From: an uncultured Gammaproteobacteria bacterium
GTDB taxonomy: Bacteria; Patescibacteriota; Microgenomatia; UBA1406; GWC2-37-13
Length of the DNA stretch: 49,483 nucleotides
Direction: 5' to 3'
Assembly: GCA_964358305.1 (NCBI GenBank)
Contig: CAYHOJ010000001.1
Span: forward strand, 1 to 49,483
Shown here piece after piece: positions 44,823 through 49,483 of the stretch (position 1 is its first letter; each line of letters opens with the position of its first letter). Both the position numbers and the translations under genes were made by a program. A model generated the notes under the pieces. The model made no database searches. It was given only the letters and a program-made list of their open reading frames with translations, and had not been told where the DNA came from.

Positions 44823-44933
44823 TATTGAATAGATATCATCTTATGAGCGATCGTATATAAGATAATATAACCGCGTGATTAAACCAGTGATTAATCACTT
44901 GACAATTAATTAATTTTCTTATATCATAACTAT

Positions 44934-45185
44934 ATGAATACAATAATCCCCATCTCAGATTTGAGGAGAAAATTTGGAGAAATCGAAGCATTGCTTCCTT
45001 ATGTTGAGAATTTTACAATTACAAAAAAAGGGAGACCTTTTGCGACTCTTACCGCAACCGATGATATAAAAAAGTCGATTATCAAAAAATACGCAGGAAC
45101 TTTTAAAAATACAGATCTAGATAGTGATTCAATTTGGAAAGAAGTTTTAATCAAAAAATCCCGTAAAAAACAAATAAAAATATGA
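44934..45185 (+). CDS. Phd/YefM-type antitoxin
   Basis: IIPISDLRRKF..ITKKGRPFATL; promoter TTGACA-N17-TATCAT at 44899-44927. Confidence 0.85.
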   Translation: MNTIIPISDLRRKFGEIEALLPYVENFTITKKGRPFATLTATDDIKKSIIKKYAGTFKNTDLDSDSIWKEVLIKKSRKKQIKI

Positions 45186-45568
45186 AAACATATTTTTTGG
45201 ACACTTCGGTAATTATTGATTATCTCAGAGGAAAAGAAGATGCTGTTGATTTAGTAAATAATCTCAAAGGAAAGTTAGTGTCGAGCTATATCTGTCTATC
45301 CGAACTTTATGAAGGGATTTATAGATCAAAAAATAAAGATGCAGAATCAACGATTCTTGAGTTTTTCTCCGGACTAAGCAAAACACATGGTCTTAATCAA
45401 AAAATAGCGCAAGAATTTGGTCATTTGAGAAAAATTCTTAAACAAAAAGGAGAAATTATTGAAGACCTCGATATTATGATTGCGGCAACTTGTATAGTCT
45501 ACGGTCTAACATTAGTAACACTCAATAAAAAACATTTTTTGAGAATAAAAAAAATAAACATCATTTAA
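45182..45568 (+). CDS. PIN-domain VapC toxin
   Basis: FLDTSVIIDYLRG, ELYEG, DLDIMIAAT, LVTLNKKHF. Confidence 0.92.
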   Translation: MKTYFLDTSVIIDYLRGKEDAVDLVNNLKGKLVSSYICLSELYEGIYRSKNKDAESTILEFFSGLSKTHGLNQKIAQEFGHLRKILKQKGEIIEDLDIMIAATCIVYGLTLVTLNKKHFLRIKKINII

Positions 45569-45590
45569 GAAGTAATTATAGACGGGGGAA

Positions 45591-46259
45591 CTAATACCAC
45601 TCTTCATGAAGGGTGATTTTTCCTGAAGTTGAGTCGATAATTAAATATTGAGCGAAGCCGTAGAGGATTGCTCCACAACAGGCAAAGTGATTTTTTTCAT
45701 CAACTTCAGCCCAGTGATTATGACCAACAATAATAAACTCATTTTCTTTAATTGTTTTAATTGCTTTTCTTTTGGTCGCTATATTTCGGTAAGCAAATCG
45801 AAGGCGCAAAAAATTTCTTCCAAAAATATTTACTAGGTTTTGTCTTTTATAATGAGCAATTCGAACAACTAATGAAACAAAGGGTTTAAAAATTTTTTTT
45901 ATAAACAAATCAGGAGTTTTTCGAAATTGTTGGCCGTGGGTGAAAATTAGTTGATAATTGATAGTTGATAGATGATAGATAGATGTTTGGACATCGGAAA
46001 AAAGATTTAATCTCTTATCAGAAAATTTTTGTTGGTCGTGATTACCGAAGATATAAACGGCGTGTTTGTTTTTCAAAAGAGGAAAAAGTTGATTCCAAGG
46101 TGAATTAATAAAATCTTCAAAGCTGATCATGTAATCATCAAAGAAATCACCATTAATAATTACCTGGTCAGATTCAGAGATTATTTTTTTGAGAAAGTTA
46201 AATTTTTTTTGATCAAAGGGAAGGTAGAGATGTGTGTCAGAAAAAACAAGAATATTCAT
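45591..46259 (-). CDS. Calcineurin-like metallophosphoesterase
   Basis: SDTH, NGDFFD, GNHD, THG, GHNH. Confidence 0.9.
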   Translation of the reverse strand: MNILVFSDTHLYLPFDQKKFNFLKKIISESDQVIINGDFFDDYMISFEDFINSPWNQLFPLLKNKHAVYIFGNHDQQKFSDKRLNLFSDVQTSIYHLSTINYQLIFTHGQQFRKTPDLFIKKIFKPFVSLVVRIAHYKRQNLVNIFGRNFLRLRFAYRNIATKRKAIKTIKENEFIIVGHNHWAEVDEKNHFACCGAILYGFAQYLIIDSTSGKITLHEEWY

Positions 46260-46275
46260 AATTAAATTATAAGGT

Positions 46276-46335
46276 ATATTTAGTCTGGATTCCCGCCTCC
46301 CCTTCGATGGAACTCAGGGTAAACGCGGGAATGAC
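46276..46335. repeat. Composite REP: dRS3-like hairpin with 24-bp insert
   Basis: Identical to 32540-32599. Confidence 0.9.
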
Positions 46336-46340
46336 GTTTT

Positions 46341-46398
46341 GTTTGTAATTTAAAATTTATGATTTATTTGGAGCTTGGAGTTTATAATTTAGAATTTA
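46341..46398 (-). repeat. Single arm of heptamer-periodic element starting at the fusA stop
   Basis: Shares TTATTTGGAGCTTGG..ATTTAGAATTTATTT with 4623-4660. Confidence 0.7.
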
Positions 46399-48495
46399 TT
46401 TCTTTAGCATCAGCGCTATCACATTCTTCGGTACTTCTTCGTAGTGACTTGGTTCCATATAGAAAACGCCCCGGCCTTCAGTTAACGATCTGATAATAGT
46501 TGCATATCCTGAAAGTTCTGATAGGGGAACGTGGCTTTTAATGACAACGGCCCGGCTTCTTTTTTCAGTTCCCAAAATCTTTCCTCTTTTTGAAGAAATA
46601 TCACCAATAGCAACTCCCATAAAAGCTTCTGGAATAGTTACTTCCAATTTCATAATTGGTTCAACCAGTGTCGGACCAGCCTGTTTGACTGCCTCGTGCA
46701 AAGCCATTGATCCGGCAATTTTGAAAGCAATATCTGACGAGTCGACATCATGATAACTTCCGTCAACCAAAGTGACTTGAATATCTGTGATTGGATAACC
46801 CAAGAGAACACCTTTTTCAGTTGCCTCCATCACGCCTTTTTCAACAGAAGGAATGAACTCTGATGGTATTGAACCACCTTTGATTTTATTAACAAACTTT
46901 ACTCCTTCGCCTCGGGCGAGAGGTTCAACATTAATGACACAGTGTCCATATTGCCCGTGTCCTCCGGTCTGTTTTATATATTTTACTTCTACATCAACAG
47001 CTGGTTTTGTGATGGTTTCTTTATAGGCGACTTGAGGTTTTCCAACCGTGACATTCATACCCATTTCTGTCTTCATCCGGTCAACCAAAATCTCCAAATG
47101 AAGTTCTCCCATTCCGGACATGATGGTTTGATTCGTTTCGTGATTGACTTTGACTCTAAAAGTTGGATCTTCTTCAGCCAGTCGCTGGAGAGAATAAGAT
47201 AATTTTTCTTGATCGGCTTTGGTGGCAGGCTCAATAGCTAAAGAAATAACAGGCTCGGGGAAATTAATTTGCTCAAGTATTATTGGGTGATTTTGATCAG
47301 CTAAAGTATCTCCAGTCTTTGAATCTTTTGGTCCAATAACAGCAACAATTTCTCCGGCATAAGCTTTATCAATCTCTTCGCGGTTATTAGCATGCATCAA
47401 TAATATCCGACTGACTCTTTCCTGTTTATTTCTGTTGACATTATAAACATAAGAACCCGATTCCAAAACTCCGGAATAGATCCTGACATAAGTCAATTTT
47501 CCAACGTGAGGATCAAGTTGAATTTTAAAAGATAAACCGGTAAATGTTTCCTGCTGATTAAGAGTTCGTTTTTCTTCAAGTTTAGTTAGTGGGTTAATTC
47601 CTGTAATTTCTTTTAAATCGAGAGGAGATGGTAGAAAGTCAACTATAGCATCAAGTACCGGTTGAACAGCTTTATTACGCAGTGAAGTTCCGCAATAAAC
47701 AGGAACGATTTTATAAGCAACTGTGGCTTTTCTTAAAGTCGCCTTTAGTTCCTCAACGGTAATTTCTTCACCATTTAGATATTTATTTAAAAGAGAGTCA
47801 TCATGTTCGGCTATTTGCTCAACCATCTTTGACCGGGCCTTGGTTACTTTATCTTTAATATCTGCTGGAATTTCATCAGTTACGGTATATTTAATTCCTT
47901 GTGGATCTTGATCCCAAATCTTGGCTTTTAAGGTGAGAAGATCAACAATTCCTTTAAATTCAGATTCTTTTCCAATCGGAACGGTCATGATAATTGGGTT
48001 GGCACCTAATCTTTCCTTAATTTCCTCAACGGTTGCTTCAAAATCAGCACCGAGCTTATCCATTTTATTAATAAAACAAATACGAGGGACTTTGTATTTA
48101 TCAGCTTGACGCCAAACTGTTTCTGACTGACTCTGTACTCCTTCTTCAGCATCAAAAACGACTACTCCACCGTCGAGTACTCGAAGAGATCTTTCAACTT
48201 CGGCCGTAAAATCGACGTGACCAGGAGTATCAATGATGTTGATTCTATAGTCATTCCAAAAAGTAGTCGTGGCGGCAGAAACGATTGTGATTCCTCGTTC
48301 TCTCTCCTGTGGCATCCAATCTAATTGAGTGTCTCCATCATCAATATCTCCGATTTTGTAAGTTTTTCCGGTATAAAAAAGAAATCTTTCGCTAGTGGTA
48401 GTTTTTCCGGAATCAATATGAGCAATCACACCAATATTACGAATTTTATCAAGAGGGACATCGCGATTTTTTGTGACAACGGGTTGTTGAGCCAT
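46396..48495 (-). CDS. fusA: Elongation factor G
   Basis: IAHIDSGKTT, RGITI, DTPGHVDF, NKMD, MGELHLE. Confidence 0.98.
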   Translation of the reverse strand: MAQQPVVTKNRDVPLDKIRNIGVIAHIDSGKTTTSERFLFYTGKTYKIGDIDDGDTQLDWMPQERERGITIVSAATTTFWNDYRINIIDTPGHVDFTAEVERSLRVLDGGVVVFDAEEGVQSQSETVWRQADKYKVPRICFINKMDKLGADFEATVEEIKERLGANPIIMTVPIGKESEFKGIVDLLTLKAKIWDQDPQGIKYTVTDEIPADIKDKVTKARSKMVEQIAEHDDSLLNKYLNGEEITVEELKATLRKATVAYKIVPVYCGTSLRNKAVQPVLDAIVDFLPSPLDLKEITGINPLTKLEEKRTLNQQETFTGLSFKIQLDPHVGKLTYVRIYSGVLESGSYVYNVNRNKQERVSRILLMHANNREEIDKAYAGEIVAVIGPKDSKTGDTLADQNHPIILEQINFPEPVISLAIEPATKADQEKLSYSLQRLAEEDPTFRVKVNHETNQTIMSGMGELHLEILVDRMKTEMGMNVTVGKPQVAYKETITKPAVDVEVKYIKQTGGHGQYGHCVINVEPLARGEGVKFVNKIKGGSIPSEFIPSVEKGVMEATEKGVLLGYPITDIQVTLVDGSYHDVDSSDIAFKIAGSMALHEAVKQAGPTLVEPIMKLEVTIPEAFMGVAIGDISSKRGKILGTEKRSRAVVIKSHVPLSELSGYATIIRSLTEGRGVFYMEPSHYEEVPKNVIALMLKK

Positions 48496-48502
48496 GAATA
48501 AG

Positions 48503-48584
48503 AGTTATAAAGTTATAAAGTTCATCAAGTTCATCAAGATTATTTTTCTTGAAAAACTTGACAAACTTGAAACTTGATAAACTT
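48503..48584. repeat. Two-armed AAGTT/AACTT periodic inverted repeat in the rpsG-fusA spacer
   Basis: AGTTATAAAGTTATAAAGTTCATCAAGTTCATCAAG ... CTTGAAAAACTTGACAAACTTGAAACTTGATAAACTT. Confidence 0.75.
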
Positions 48585-48586
48585 CG

Positions 48587-49060
48587 TTACCACTTGAGGT
48601 GAGAAAAAGCCTTATTGGCTTCTGCTAATTTTTCAGTTTGTAGTTTTTTGGCTATGGCGGCTCCCTGATTTTTTGATGCTTCAACAATTTCGACCAATAA
48701 TTTTTGGTCAAAGGTATGAAACTCTTTATTGGTACGGGCCTTTGCGGCATCAATAATCCAATTAAGGGCGAGTTTTAGTTTTCGCTCTCGTCGTACTTCA
48801 GTCGGAACCAGATAAGAGGCACCTCCAAGACGGCGAGCTTTAACTTCGTGAATAGGGGCAACGTTTTCGATAGCTAAATGCAATAATTTTAAAGGTTCGT
48901 CAGACTGTTTTTTTAATTCGTCCATGACTTTATAAACAAGTCCTTCGGCGACTGATTTTTTACCGTTAATCATTATGTAATTGATTAATTTGGCCACTTC
49001 AAGACTGTCAAAAAGCTTATCTTTCTTGAAAATCCGTTTTTTGTAACTGTGACGTGGCAT
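48587..49060 (-). CDS. rpsG: 30S ribosomal protein S7
   Basis: GKKSVA, RRLGGASYLVP, AEANKAFSH. Confidence 0.98.
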   Translation of the reverse strand: MPRHSYKKRIFKKDKLFDSLEVAKLINYIMINGKKSVAEGLVYKVMDELKKQSDEPLKLLHLAIENVAPIHEVKARRLGGASYLVPTEVRRERKLKLALNWIIDAAKARTNKEFHTFDQKLLVEIVEASKNQGAAIAKKLQTEKLAEANKAFSHLKW

Positions 49061-49070
49061 ATTTTTTTAT

Positions 49071-49483
49071 TTACGCACTTTTAACTCGTGGTTTTTTTGT
49101 TCCGTATTTTGATCTTGAGCTAGTTCGTTTATCAACTCCGGCGGCATCAAATTTTCCGCGGACAATATGATATTTAACTCCTGGCAAATCTTTTACTCTT
49201 CCACCTTTAACTAGGACAATTGAATGTTCGGCTAAGTTATGACCAACGCCTTGAATATAGGCGGTCACTTCCATCTTATTTGACAATCTAACTCTAGCCA
49301 CTTTTCTTAAAGCTGAATTAGGTTTCTTTGGTGTCATGGTTTTAACCACGGTACAAACGCCTCGTTTTAATGGATTATTATCCTTAGTATATTTCCTTTT
49401 TAATGAGTTAAAACTCATTTTAAGGGCAATAGATTTAGATTTTTTAATCCTGTTTTTTCTCTTCCTTTTTATCAGTTGGTTGA
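49071..49483 (-). CDS. rpsL: 30S ribosomal protein S12 (5' end lies beyond the window)
   Basis: [22 protein letters not shown]; frame stays open to the window edge (NQLIKRKRK...). Confidence 0.97.
   Translation of the reverse strand, partial: NQLIKRKRKNRIKKSKSIALKMSFNSLKRKYTKDNNPLKRGVCTVVKTMTPKKPNSALRKVARVRLSNKMEVTAYIQGVGHNLAEHSIVLVKGGRVKDLPGVKYHIVRGKFDAAGVDKRTSSRSKYGTKKPRVKSA

Noticed and set aside
45931-45942. GGCCGTGGGTGA as another PaaX-type palindrome
   Set aside because: Only half matches and it encodes the conserved THG motif of the phosphoesterase.
45591-46396. Absence of tuf after fusA as a novelty
   Set aside because: Split str operons are common; tuf is presumably elsewhere.
46541-48109. 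Short ORFs antisense or out of frame to fusA (and similar ones within valS, clp, lig, yidC, recF and the large hypotheticals)
   Set aside because: Shadow ORFs of well-supported genes.

Overview
AT-rich chromosomal segment, most likely from a Patescibacteria/CPR bacterium (Microgenomates-like; inferred from VirB2-like pilins, VirB6-like protein, PaaX/Cas2-like and TrpR-like genes, short ValRS, ATP-dependent ligase, archaeal-type PyrH). Housekeeping content: tRNA-Gln, ligase, valS-rpmH-yidC-jag, a ClpB/C ATPase, pyrH, recF, lexA-like gene, rpsL-rpsG-fusA. Accessory content: two Fic genes, four TA pairs, glycosyltransferases, very large unknown proteins. The main signal is a set of tiny repeat-bounded elements. 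(1) A ~100-bp two-armed repeat that starts at host stop codons occurs both empty and filled with a GxxExxY nuclease gene bounded by TATT direct repeats. (2) Three unrelated mini-cassettes share a fixed leader module (TTTTGTAGGTTATAAGCG just before the -35) and each is bracketed by its own palindrome. (3) A 24-bp unit is inserted inside other repeats. (4) Many palindromes and 7/8-mer arrays lie in frame inside conserved proteins. (5) A 2-kb island is bounded by a duplicated gene 3' end. (6) A candidate ~54-nt antisense RNA. All calls were made by eye; no database search or folding calculation was run.
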